Shown here piece by piece: positions 1 through 11,607 of a stretch of 64,000 nt of DNA (position 1 is its first letter; every line of letters starts with the position of its first letter). A model generated the notes under the pieces. That model did not search any database and was not told the origin of the DNA. It worked only from the letters and a program-made list of their open reading frames with translations. The position numbers and the translations under genes are program-made. Where the stretch lies: positions 51,336,001 through 51,400,000 of the forward strand of contig OZ287750.1 of the NCBI GenBank assembly GCA_965649765.1, written 5' to 3'. This stretch comes from Bispira polyomma (Eukaryota).

Positions 1-566
1 CTGGTGTCTAAATTAAGCAGATGAGACCTTGGTACAGTGATTTAATATATTGAGCCTTTGAGCAGGCTGGTGTCTACATTAAACATGTGAGACCTTGGTG
101 CAGTGATGTAATAAATTAAGTCTTTGGGCAAGGCTGGTGTCTACATTAAAAAGATGAGACCTTGGTGCAGTGATGTAATAAATTAAGTCTTTGCACAAGA
201 CTGGTGTCTACCTTAAACAGATGTGACCTCGGTGCAGTGATGTAATATATTGAGTCTTTGGGCAAGGCTGGTGTCTACATCAAACAGATGAGACGTTGGT
301 GCAGTGATGTAATTAATTAAGTCTTTGAGCAAGGCTGGTGTCTACATTAAACAGTGCAGTGATTTAATATATTAAGCCTTTGAGCAAGGCTGGTGTCTAC
401 ATTAAACATTGCAGTGATGTAATATATTGAGTCTTTGAGCAGGCTGATGTCTACATTAAACATGTGAGATCTCGGTGCAGTGATATAAGATATTGAGCCT
501 TTGGGCAAGGCTGGTGTCTATATCAAACAGATGAGACCTTGGTGCAGTGATGTAATAAATTGATCC
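1..566. repeat. Minisatellite, ~62-63 bp unit, ~9 copies, runs off the left edge
   Basis: The unit GGCTGGTGTCTACATTAAACAGATGAGACCTTGGTGCAGTGATGTAATA..TTGAGTCTTTG recurs throughout; two units have a ~13-14 bp internal deletion. Confidence 0.95.
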
Positions 567-869
567 TTGAACAAGGCTAATGATTCCAATAAGCAGGTGT
601 CAGCTGATTACATTGATGTCACAAGGTGGAAGCTGTTCAAAGGCTCGGTTCTGTGTATTCTTTTATTGCCAATTATGATACAGACTATCTTGTCAGGGAG
701 GCTTGAGTTTCAGTCTGTCTTTTACCTAGATACAGGAGAGATAACACACCTGTATTACCAGCTTGTAGAGCATTCTAGCAATTTGTTTTCTATATCAGAA
801 GCCAGCCCTGAAAAATACAAACTTTCTTGAGTTATACTTTTTATTTACAAATGTAGGCATCAAAAATAG

Positions 870-1910
870 TCATCGAACACAACATCTTAAAAGACACCTG
901 AACTTAAGAACTTGGGTTGGCAATAAAGGCCTCGCCCTGGAGTGGATTGCATCATACCCAACAGAAGCCAAAGAATCAAAATCGATGACCATCTGCCTAT
1001 TCCTTTTAATTTTAAGCTTTTCTCCTGGAGATTTGTTTTAGGGCCAAATGTCTTGACTCGATCCAAGATTGGATGAATTTTGCCAAACTCAAACTCAATC
1101 CTGACAAAACAGAATTTATACTAATTGGCACTAAAAGACAGGGATAAACTTAATCCCAGCCAATAAAGTAAAGAACTTGGGTATTACTTTTGACTCCCTC
1201 TTCTCCTTCAACAATCATATATTTCTAATATACGTCGATTTTGCTACCTTTATATTCCCAACCTAAAGAGAATCAGAAAACACCTATCCCGTTAACCTGT
1301 CATAGTCATAGCAAATTCACTCGTCAGCAGTTGGTTGGACTACTGCAATACTCTGCTCCTTGTACTAAAGAAGTACCAGCTACAATGGCTACAGTCAATC
1401 CACAATCACTTGTGCAGATTTGCCTGTCTTGGATCTCGTGTCAGTATGACTCCTTTCCTCAAAAGGCTCCATTAGCTAACTGTCAAGTACCGCTTCATTT
1501 TCAAGATCAGTGTTACTACATACAAAATTATAAGCCTTTGTCAGCCCCAATTATCTTGCCTCATTATTGTCTTTTAGCAGGCTTACCAGGGGAAACAGAA
1601 TTTCAGTCTCTAATACCAGTAAATGGATTGGATCCTATACCATCTATGTTGCAGCACCTACCCTATGGAATAATTTACCAACCAACATAAGATCCCAGGA
1701 AACTCTCTCTGGCTTTAGAAGTAACCTTAAAACCCATCTGTTCACCCTCGCTTACCCTCCATAGATTTCCTTCTCATCCATCTCACCCCCCTGATCACGA
1801 ATTTGCATTGGAAATGGACTATAGTCTAGTCAACTTTGTCAATGATGTTGCGAGTTAGAAGATGCCTTGCATCAATTAGGCACGTTTAAAAATCAATTAT
1901 ATCATAATCA
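870..1910 (+). mobile_element. Degenerate L2-clade LINE, 3' fragment (RT C-terminus plus 3' tail)
   Basis: Broken-frame motifs LEWIASY, KLKLNPDKTEFILIG, LDYCN and APTLWNNLP..FRSNLKTHLFTLAYPP. The 3' tail hairpin GATGC-CTT-GCATC is shared with copies at ~5880, ~41955 and ~49580. Confidence 0.9.
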
Positions 1911-4900
1911 TCTTCCGCTACTTCCGTTATACGTCATATCGATGTCATAATTTACGTAATTATGATGTCATCCCACCTCTGAACCTCATGCCTGCGGCAC
2001 AGGTAATAGTTAATTATAGTTATTGTGAAAACTTAAGGATCTAATGGCTAAATTGTGTCGTCCAATTCGATTAGTTCAAAAGTATGGTCAAATCTTTGAC
2101 TACATTGTAGGAACGACCCAGACCGTATTTCTCTATAATGTTTCTTGTGCTCAATGAAATAGTTCCTCCACTAACATTATCTAATTTTTATTATTTCAAA
2201 GTTGTTAGATAATAATTGTAATATGTCAAGTCGGAATCGTAATAGCCCATTCCAAACGAAGGATATACAGTAACTTTACAGTGGTTGATGGCGTAGTAAA
2301 CACAAAGGCGGATCACTGGTTTGTCATTGGTTATTTCTCAACAAGATTTGTCTTTTCCAAAAGACACATGTGCACAGTATGAAACACACTAACATTGATA
2401 TGGTCACGATGACCATTAATCTGTCACTTCTCAGTTTGAACAGGTCAATCGCTTTTAACCAATCCATAATGAATGCCTTTACATATTTTTGAAGATGGTC
2501 GTACCCTTTTCAAAATGAAATCAATTTCACTGTGCAGGATAAAAATATTAATTGTTACAAGAACAGTACATCCTAGAATGGTGAGAGGGGACTTGTATTA
2601 ACCTGTCACACCGGCTTATGGCAACCATCCTAATTTCCCTGTTATATAGTATATATAGATCAACTCAGTATTTAGCAGAATGGGCCCAAGTGTGACTTTC
2701 AGGTAACTAGTGTTTCGTGTCTTATAATGACACAATCTGTCTGTGATATGACACATATGGCCTCCCAAAGGTCAAACAAACAAGGCTTATCACCAGCTAG
2801 CACAGACAATAGGACAGCTAAGTGCTACAATGACATGAGGATTTAGGAGCCATATGCTACTGCACAGAGAAACTTAAACTCAAATTTAGGCCTGAACTCA
2901 ATTGATAATCTTAAATATAGAAGTAGTTGTGTATCTACTTTAAACATATACTTATGGTCATTTATTTATACTGAAGTTTTCTAATGCTAAAAGTTTAAAA
3001 TAAAATCAGATTTAGAATGGATTTTACTGAAATTTGAAATGAATATCTTAAGTGCTTTGTTTAAATGTGTCCATTTGCCCCTCCAATAAACAAGAATGTG
3101 GGAAAACAGCATTGAAATTACAATGACAAGAGCAAAAAACAAACATTAACACTAAGGATTGTATGTGTTAATGTAGGTTTACAGAATGTGGGAAAATTTA
3201 AACAAACTTAATGAGACATAGATATAATCAACTGCATTCATATCTATATGTGAAAATCAATCTTTTTAATTGATGTGGGAAATAAAAAGAAATTTACAGC
3301 TTGGAAGAAAAATACAGTTTTAAAACTTTTGGCGGATAATTTTCTAGAATTGAAATGTAAAATGCCATAATTTTTGTGTCACATTCTCTTGGACCAATAC
3401 CTGTCAACATGTAGATCACTGTAAATGTTTATACTTTGGCCATATTCATTTGCATACCCTGATTTTTTATTACTAATTTACAAAGCTATGTGTCATTGTG
3501 ATATCATGTTTTATGGTTCTTTTCAATGTTCCGATCACTTTTTGTTATTTTGTCTGATTTTTGCCACAATTGACTTGGCCACCATTTTGACATTTTAGAC
3601 AGTCTCTGAAGATTATTATGGCTATTTGAATAATGTACCATGTACCAACCTGTGCAACTGGAAGGAACAAAGAACTTAATCCTGGGTCTCATTAGATGTG
3701 CATCCATGACCCTTTGTTGCGGGAGGTTACACTACAAATGGACTGTTACACCACATATACCCCGCCTCGCATCCCACAAATCTTGCCTTAGCTACACTGC
3801 CACGAAGATGAAGCAAGTTCGAAATGAAAAAGCAATGGCCGTGCCGCAGAAATCACAAATACACCCACTAATGACAAACAAAGAAATAACATACTGAACC
3901 GCAACAAAGATTCCCTAACTGCTAACACAACCTCCTACCGACTTTTGAATATTTCAAAACTTTTGTGATGGCGCATCTAATGCTTACGAATATAAACAAA
4001 CAGTTACAAAGCCATGCCAATGTAGACAAATCCGAAATGAAAAGTTGAAACCTACTGTCACTGAGCGCTACATATACGTTTGTGGTGCGTTCATGGCAGC
4101 CCTCCATCTAAATTAGGTATTAGTTCTAATATTTTGCATAACACTTCATAACTATGTACTGTTAAGATTTTTAAAATAAATTAATTTATCCAGAAAGGAT
4201 GAATATTATACAGACATTTTGTTTTATCAGTGTTCTTTTTATACCAAATAAGACAATGTCGGAAGCAAATGTTGCAGTTAAATTCTGAAAAAAAGTAGTG
4301 TGTAAAACAGTAATATCTAAAAAAAAAAAAAAAACACATTAAAAAACTGATAAATTGGCAAAAGTATTTATTTCTCAACCAATACGGAACATATCTACAT
4401 AGAAGTAGGATTACACCAAATCTGTCTGCTGCTACAATTAAGTTATTTTTAATTTTTGTCTTTAACATTTGTAGCATCGTGATCAGTAACATTATTGAAG
4501 TAGAGAAACCTGCCATTGAGCTTAAACCGGGGTTTAATCACTAACTATTATGTCTACGTCTATATTTTCCATAGAAACTTGAGTTTAAACTCAGACACAA
4601 CTCAAGTTGAAGGCTTATTCTGTTATCACTATTCTACATGGAAATAACCCATAATTGTAACCATTCACTTTAATAGAGCTTTCAGTACTGGATTCAAATA
4701 TAAAGTCAGGTTTGAAATATGCTTATTTCAGCTAGAGTAAATATGTCTACGTTAAATTTGAGCTTGAATCTGAGGTAAGTTACAGATGTCTGGAAAATGC
4801 ATACCCTGGAATATATACACACAAACACACACATATATATATTTCATCAGATCTTTGCAAAAACTAGATAATAAATTCCTATTTAATTCTATGTTGACCA

Positions 4901-5599
4901 TAGGTGGATATTTAATATAAACTACAGTCAAAATTATGGAGATTTTTGATAAAAAAAATTTTATATCAAATAATAACCAGAAATAAAGACTAAATATGAG
5001 ACAAGACTGCCACAGACACTACAGCAGTTGTATACCAAGTGTTAGAGGGAAATGTTCTCATGGTTAGGTGAAAATGCAAGGTGTAAAGTTTCACTGATAC
5101 CAGCAGCTAAATGAGATAATTCTCCATGTTAAAAATTTATTGTTTTTGTGTGTTGTGTATCAAATCTGGCTGAGAAATAATATAATGTAATTATGGACGA
5201 TATAAGCTGGTTTCATACACACACCATTACATGCACGAGAATGGTGTCCAAGTGTTCTGAATGGTAACTCTATTTGGTTAAACAGCCTTTCAAGCCATTG
5301 AGGTTATATATACATGTTTAAATGACACAAATTGACAAAAAAATACAATTAAACTTGGAAATATAATTTTAGAAAAAAAAGCTACACAGAGTTGTATCAG
5401 TTATTGCAAAAAGAAATTAGTGATTTTAGTTCAATTTCAGAGGAGAAAAATTATGCAACTTAATTTCAGACCTCTGCATATTTATATTAAAAAAGCAGGA
5501 AATATAAGAAATGTTTAAGTGTATTCTTAAAAGTAAATAATGACTTTATCCTATCTATATATTCTGTAACCTCTGCAAGACCAAAGCTGTCAATTTTTG

Positions 5600-5915
5600 A
5601 CAGCCCCCATATTTTGCCTCATTGCTGTCTTTTTAGTCTCCAATACCAGAATCAATAAACGGATTGGATCCTATGCATTCTATGTTTCAGTACCAATCAA
5701 TGCCATGGAACAATTTACCAGCCAACATAAAATCCAGGTCACCCTTTCTGGTTTAAGAAGTAACCCATCTCTTCATCCTCGCTTATCCTCCATAGAAATC
5801 ATCACTTCCTCAATCACGAATTTGCATCGGAAACAGACAACGATTTTTGCAACTTTGTCAATGATGTTGCGCTGTAGAAGATGCCAGGCATCAATTAGGT
5901 ATGTTAAAAATCTAT
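5600..5915 (+). mobile_element. L2 LINE 3'-end fragment, same family as 870-1910
   Basis: Collinear similarity to 1540-1895 (GGATTGGATCCTAT, TCACGAATTTGCAT, CAACTTTGTCAATGATGTTGCG, AGAAGATGCC..GCATCAATTAGG). Confidence 0.85.
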
Positions 5916-6045
5916 CATATCTTATAACACACAATTGAATACGTCAAATGTATTCACTTTCCTCATCACCATTTTTGTCTAATATGTCTTTATTTCCATA
6001 TGAGAACCACTGTCATAATTTTTTGTACAAAACTATGATATACTT

Positions 6046-6290
6046 GGCTCCCAAAGCCTACTGGTTAGGGAATTGGTCTTGTGATCAAAATGTCCCCGGT
6101 TTGACACCTGGTAATACAATAATAGTTAATGGGCAATACTATCCTTTGGCAAGATGTGAACACATCATTGTCAACAGATGACGATCATAGCCATGTAATA
6201 TTTTGGAATGTGATTAACGGTTTATTAATTCTGGTGTTTATTTAATTCTGCTTTAGAAGAGGCTCAGTATTAATAAGGCATGTTAAAAAA
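6046..6290 (+). mobile_element. tRNA-derived SINE, family B, degenerate
   Basis: A-box-like AGCCTACTGG, then GATCAAAATGTCCCCGGTTTGACACCTGG (B-box-like). Similar to 19480-19780 and 14205-14312. Confidence 0.6.
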
Positions 6291-6677
6291 TGAAACAAAA
6301 CTCTCTCATATTCATCTGAATGGATAAACAGCACTTACTTCAGATGCAAAATGTATGAGAGGCGCTTCATTCCAGTAGATTGATTCAGAGACCAGCACCA
6401 ATACTTTGGAATAACACAGTTTTTACCTCCACAAACCTTTGTTCCTCAATTTCTCCCCCAGACAGGACTCATCAAAACTAATGAACCTATTGTCTCAGAA
6501 ACCCATATCAGTTATTGTTCTTACTATTCCAATGGTGTTAGTTTGGCTGGCCTACCCAGCCCAGAGAGATATAATAGAGACTGTTTCTTCTCTTCATTAG
6601 CTAAAAAGGTGGAAACAGGGGTGGAGATAAGGATTGTGGAAGAGACCACCAACAGGCTGGGAAAAAAAGACAGACTA

Positions 6678-6866
6678 AGGCCACGTCTCCATAAGTACCA
6701 TTTTTGCTGTACAATTTGCAATTCCGAAAGAAAAAATCACAGAAAAAAAATCAGACGCAAGTGATGCCATGACAATATGAAATCCATACTAAATGTTAGT
6801 GTCAAAAAGGCAATCCTTGTTTCGTACGATGGTACATCGCCAGATGGTATTGTGGAGACGTGGACT
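6678..6866. mobile_element. MITE of ~190 bp (Tourist/Harbinger-like or TA-target type)
   Basis: TIRs AGGCCACGTCTCCATAAGTACCA / TGGTATTGTGGAGACGTGGACT, with TA (or TAA/TTA) on both sides. Confidence 0.8.
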
Positions 6867-7759
6867 TAGCTTACCTTCTTATATATATCATTCACAACAA
6901 CCTACAGCCAATAGGTGACAACGCATGTTTAATCTCTTCAGAAATTCCCTTTACTTGTTCTCATGTAAACGAATGTGATTTGTGATGTCTGACATGTAAA
7001 TTTGAATTTTTTGGCTCAAGTAGCCCGACAAAATAGCATTCAGATGTAAAAATCGAATGGTGCTATATGTGTCTCTAAAATCGGTTGTCGCAAATCGGGT
7101 TGATGAGATTGAGGCTATAGTTGTTGTTTTTTGTCTAGAAAGAAGGTTTATCTGAGGGAAACCTCCAAGAAGAGTAAATGAGGCATAACCAAAAACAAAT
7201 TGTTTTCACATGGTCTCTGTGAACAAGAGTGTTTGCAAGTGTGCTTATTGAAATCATGTTTTTTTAAAACAATGTACAAACACAAATCTAAAGAATAACA
7301 GACACACATACATACATTTATATACAGGGAAAGTGAACAAGTTGCTGAGAGGTTAGACTATGGGTGACAAGTGTTGTTACTTGGGTTGGTTTTTTTTAGT
7401 TACAACTTCGTCTGACAAAAAACAGCCACATACCTCGGCATTTGTCTGTCTGTGGAAATATGAGCCACACATATTTATATACACATACATGACTGGTTGT
7501 AGTCTTTGTTTAGGCTCATTGAGTGTCGTGTGGCATTAAATTTTACTTGAATTGAAAAAAAAAATCAAAGATGTAGAAATATAAATTATCATAAATGTAA
7601 TCTTCATATAATACCATCACATTTCCTTGCCAGAAGTCGACATATTCATTAGTATAAGAAGCGTGCATTCACATATATATACAAGAATCTGAGCATTCAT
7701 TATTATATGTGTTTATACATTTTTTACCCTTCGACGTCGCTTTCACTAACACTATGATC

Positions 7760-7990
7760 AAATGGGTAGCATACTTACTTAGGAACACACAAGACCTACG
7801 TTCAATCCCAGCTTAGTCCCCCGGGTACAGGCACATATAAAGTGACTCCGATGACCACTTCTAAGAATGGAAGTTACTCTGTCACTGAATTCTATATCCT
7901 GAGTGGCAGGCAAAAGAACCTTGGTGACATTGATATAAATGGTTACCCTCAAGCCTTTCTGGTACTGGTGTGGGTTCATCATACCTTGAT
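7760..7990 (+). mobile_element. Old SINE remnant
   Basis: B-box-like GTTCAATCCC followed by a body containing GAATTCTAT..GGCAGGCAAAAGAACC, reminiscent of Nin/Deu-type SINE domains. Heavily degraded. Confidence 0.4.
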
Positions 7991-8249
7991 AGTCAAGACA
8001 AGGTTCTGGTGCTTTCAAAATACCAGGCAAATGTAGATAAATGGGTTGAGCATAAATCTGACTACAAATATAGAAATGAAACCTGACAAACCATGGTATA
8101 GGCAGAATTTTACCATGAATAAAAGTTTAGGCACACGAAGCAGAAAACCATGGTCTGGAGTGTGTTATCCCTATTCTAACATTTCAAAATAATTTTTAAA
8201 AAAAATAAAATTATTTTAAATGTAAAAATAACGTCATATAAGTGTATAA

Positions 8250-8366
8250 ATGCAGACTGTTCCGTCTTACTTACCTTGGAAGAGGAACTGATGAAACAGT
8301 CCATGAGTATATGCTGAATTTTATACCAATACATTCGGGCACTTCGAAACGCCGACACAGCTGCAT
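8250..8366 (+). ncRNA. Degenerate type III hammerhead ribozyme-like fold
   Basis: GTC triplet at 8264-8266, CTGATGA at 8288-8294 and GAAAC at 8346-8350, in type III order. Outer stem ATGCAG-A-CTGT/ACAG-CTGCAT. Stems I and II are imperfect. Confidence 0.5.
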
Positions 8367-10344
8367 CATGTTAAAATACAAATTCTATTGGAAACCTGGA
8401 GTCTTATGCAAGACTAAAAAGACTGAATAAAATACCTAAAAAAATAATCTGGGCATATAATACAATTGTTTTATATGTCACCTTTTGTTTTTAGTCAGGT
8501 CACATATTGCTGTGTATTAGTATCTCTAGTTTTTAATGTGAAAGAAGGAGACTCTGTCAGTTCTTTCTATTGTGTCACATTCCATTGAAGTTAATAATTT
8601 CCTTTGTTGTTGGCTCAGGTTCTCACTTATCAATTGCTCTTTGAGTTCGTGTGAGCCCCTTTTTTTTCTTTTAGTTCTAAAAATATATACATGCGAGTGT
8701 CTCAGAGGAGATGATCTGAGGGATTTATGGGAGACATCTAAAACAATAATTGCACCTTATTATGCCTTTGACCTTAAAAATATCCATGATGGATTCTTGA
8801 CTTTTTTTCTTCTAATTTCCGGGCCATAAATATGAAGCATGTACCCAGTGAGATATCACAAATAATTTGTTACACACAGCCTGGACTTATACCTGAGGTG
8901 AGTTGTACTTGATCAAATTTGAGTTTAAGCTGAGTGTAGTAACACTTCTATCAAATCAATCAAGAATGTCAACAAAGTAAAATTCAAATTACAGTATTTT
9001 TATTTTGTTTACACCAGTTTGACTATGATAACAGATCCTGACTGTTTTTAGGTTCAATCTTAATAACATGTCATGTAAACAGTAGTAACACGAATGGCTA
9101 ATGTTCAATTTTCTAAATTATCAAATTAACTAATAATCAGAAACTGTTCTCCAATATAATTTCGTGCCACCTTTTTGACAAGACATGAGTCGATTTATGC
9201 TCTAATAGAAAATAAATCCAAAAATGTGTGGATTCCCACTGTGAAACGCTGTTATAATGATTGTCAGTTCCCGCCCAAACATAATTACTACAGTTCTGGC
9301 AGACGACATTTTGTCAACATAAAGGTAACCAACAAAAAAATGTGTATTTGGTTTTATAATTTAAGTAAGGGGTGTTGTTTGAGCTACTTGTAAATAAGTG
9401 TAGTTATTTTACATTTGGCCTTCATGTTGAAACATTTATAACATAAGCCACATTTAAGTTCACAAAAGCACTTGCTTAAGTTGAATAAATAGGGTGTAAA
9501 TTTAAGTCAAATCTTAACACAAGAATGTTATACTAAATCATTGGCGAGGGTAATTAATAAAGTCTCAGTATGTGTGACAAGTAGATTAACCACACTGTCC
9601 ACAAAACCGTCTATTAGGATATTAGACGAAATCTGCCGAGTGTGACCGAATGCTTCCAAACACCCAGCGTGCGTTTGCGTGATTCACAGCGAGATCCCTC
9701 GGCCCACAACCGACAATCTTAGAGAGAGCAATTACACCTTGATTAATTCATGATTTTAAAAGCTGGCAGAGAAATCAAGATGGATGGCTAGGGGACGTAC
9801 TAAAAGACAGGATAAGAGGGGGGAAAAGGGCCGGCCGATTGTGCACGGAATGGCATTTTGATTGTTCATATAGGTTACACAAGCAACTATTGAATAGAGT
9901 GGCTATCAGTTATGTGTGGACTGGGACATTTTTTAAAGTTGCCTACTAAATTTAAGTATTAGACTTATATACAAAAAAGGCACTCTTTTCTATTTAATAA
10001 ACAAAGTATGTGTAAAACTACAATAACTATAACCACTATTATTATTATTATTATTGTATTGTAGAAAGTGACTTACAAGCCCATTTGGGGGCTGGGTAAT
10101 TTTTATTTACTTGTGTTGCATATTGCTGTCATTATATTGCATGTCGCTATAATAAATAAATAAAATTAAATTGTATGTGTTTTAATTACCCCCCTTATAT
10201 GAAAAATGTATATAGTTATTTCAAGGAACTTGGGGTGAGTTTAAGGTTTCATTTTCCAACTATACCCTTTATGCTTTGTTTTCTTCCTAAAATTAGTAAA
10301 ATATTGAAGATATCTAGTCACAGTTAACGTTTCTTTTGTACATG

Positions 10345-11607
10345 TTGGAGCCTAACTTCCGATTTGGCCAATCGTAAGATGGGCTATAGCCCAACTTAGG
10401 ATCCTAAGTTTGGTAGCCTATCTTAAGATGGGTCAGCCCATCTTAAGATTGGCCAGAAAAACTAGCCAAACTTAAGATTGGATTCAACTTGAGATCTTAA
10501 ATGTTTAAATTGTATGATAATTAATTCACATTATGATGATTCAGTGTTATTTTTTTTAATATAATGACAGGTTTAAAGTTTATTAATAAATGTTCTAGTT
10601 ATTGCTTGTTTTACTGATAAATTTACATTTATAATGTATGTTTTCTATTAGTGTAATTCTATTAGTGCAAAATTGCCCTAAATTGCTGTAAGGTAACAAT
10701 AAGCTTATCTTTTCACTGTGCTTAAAACATATTGCTTATTTTAATGATGAATTTATAATGTATGTTTCTGTCACTAATTCTCTATTAAGAACTGCCCTCA
10801 TTTGCAGTAAGATAACGATTAGCTTATCTTTTCACTATGCCTTTTTCACAGATTAATTCAAGAAACCTTGAAATAATGGGAAGCCAGGTATAGCTTGATT
10901 TGTGTGCAAGTACTAGATCTGTGAATAACTGGCTTACCTGGATTTAATGTTAGTAATCATGTCCAACCTTTCATCATTGAAATTATATAGGAAGCCACCA
11001 CTATATGTTGATTTGTTTGACCCAACTGGATGTGTGATTAAATAGCTTAACTGGCTTTAGTGTTGGGTAATCATGTCCACCCCTTGAATAATGAAATAGG
11101 AAGCCACAGCTCTAAGTTGATTTGTTTGTTTTAACTGGATGTGTGATTAGGCAGGTAACTGGCTTTAGTGTTGGTAATCAGGTCCACTAATAGAAGAGTG
11201 ACTAAATGCTTAATATTTATATTATTACAATTTTTTTAAATAAATTAAAAATACTGAATACATAATAATAATAACATCTTTTTATGTTTGTTTATACAAA
11301 ATATAGTTTGTGTGCTATGTAAATTTTGTAGCCAGTTTAAAGAGTAAGAGAAAAGTCACTGAAATGTAATTTTATAAATATCATTTCATATTTTATTATA
11401 TTATATTCCTGTATACAAAATCTCAAGTTATGCTAGGTTTGCATTTTAATCCAATCTCAAGCTTGGCTGGTTTTCCTAGCCAATCTTAAGTTGGGCTAGC
11501 CCATCTTAAGATGGGCTGACCCATCTTAAGATAGGCTGCCAAACTTAGGATCCTAAGTTGGGCTATAGCCCATCTTAAGATTGGCCAAATCGGAAGTTGG
11601 GCTCCAA
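10345..11607. mobile_element. Non-autonomous DNA transposon (foldback/MITE-like) with ~140-160 bp TIRs
   Basis: The left end TTGGAGCCTAACTTCCGATTTGGCCAATC..AAGATGGGCTATAGCCCAACTTAGGATCCTAAG is mirrored at 11448-11607. The AT-rich interior has ~115-120 bp tandem units. Confidence 0.92.

Noticed and set aside
1-566. Regular repeats resembling a CRISPR array (also 62973-63074)
   Set aside because: The units are contiguous with no unique spacers, there are no cas genes, and the context is eukaryotic.
2700-2750. Minus-strand GTGTC-loop-GACAC-GAAAC-ACTA-GTT resembling a type I hammerhead
   Set aside because: The core reads CAGATT instead of CTGATGA and stem I is unconvincing; could be chance.
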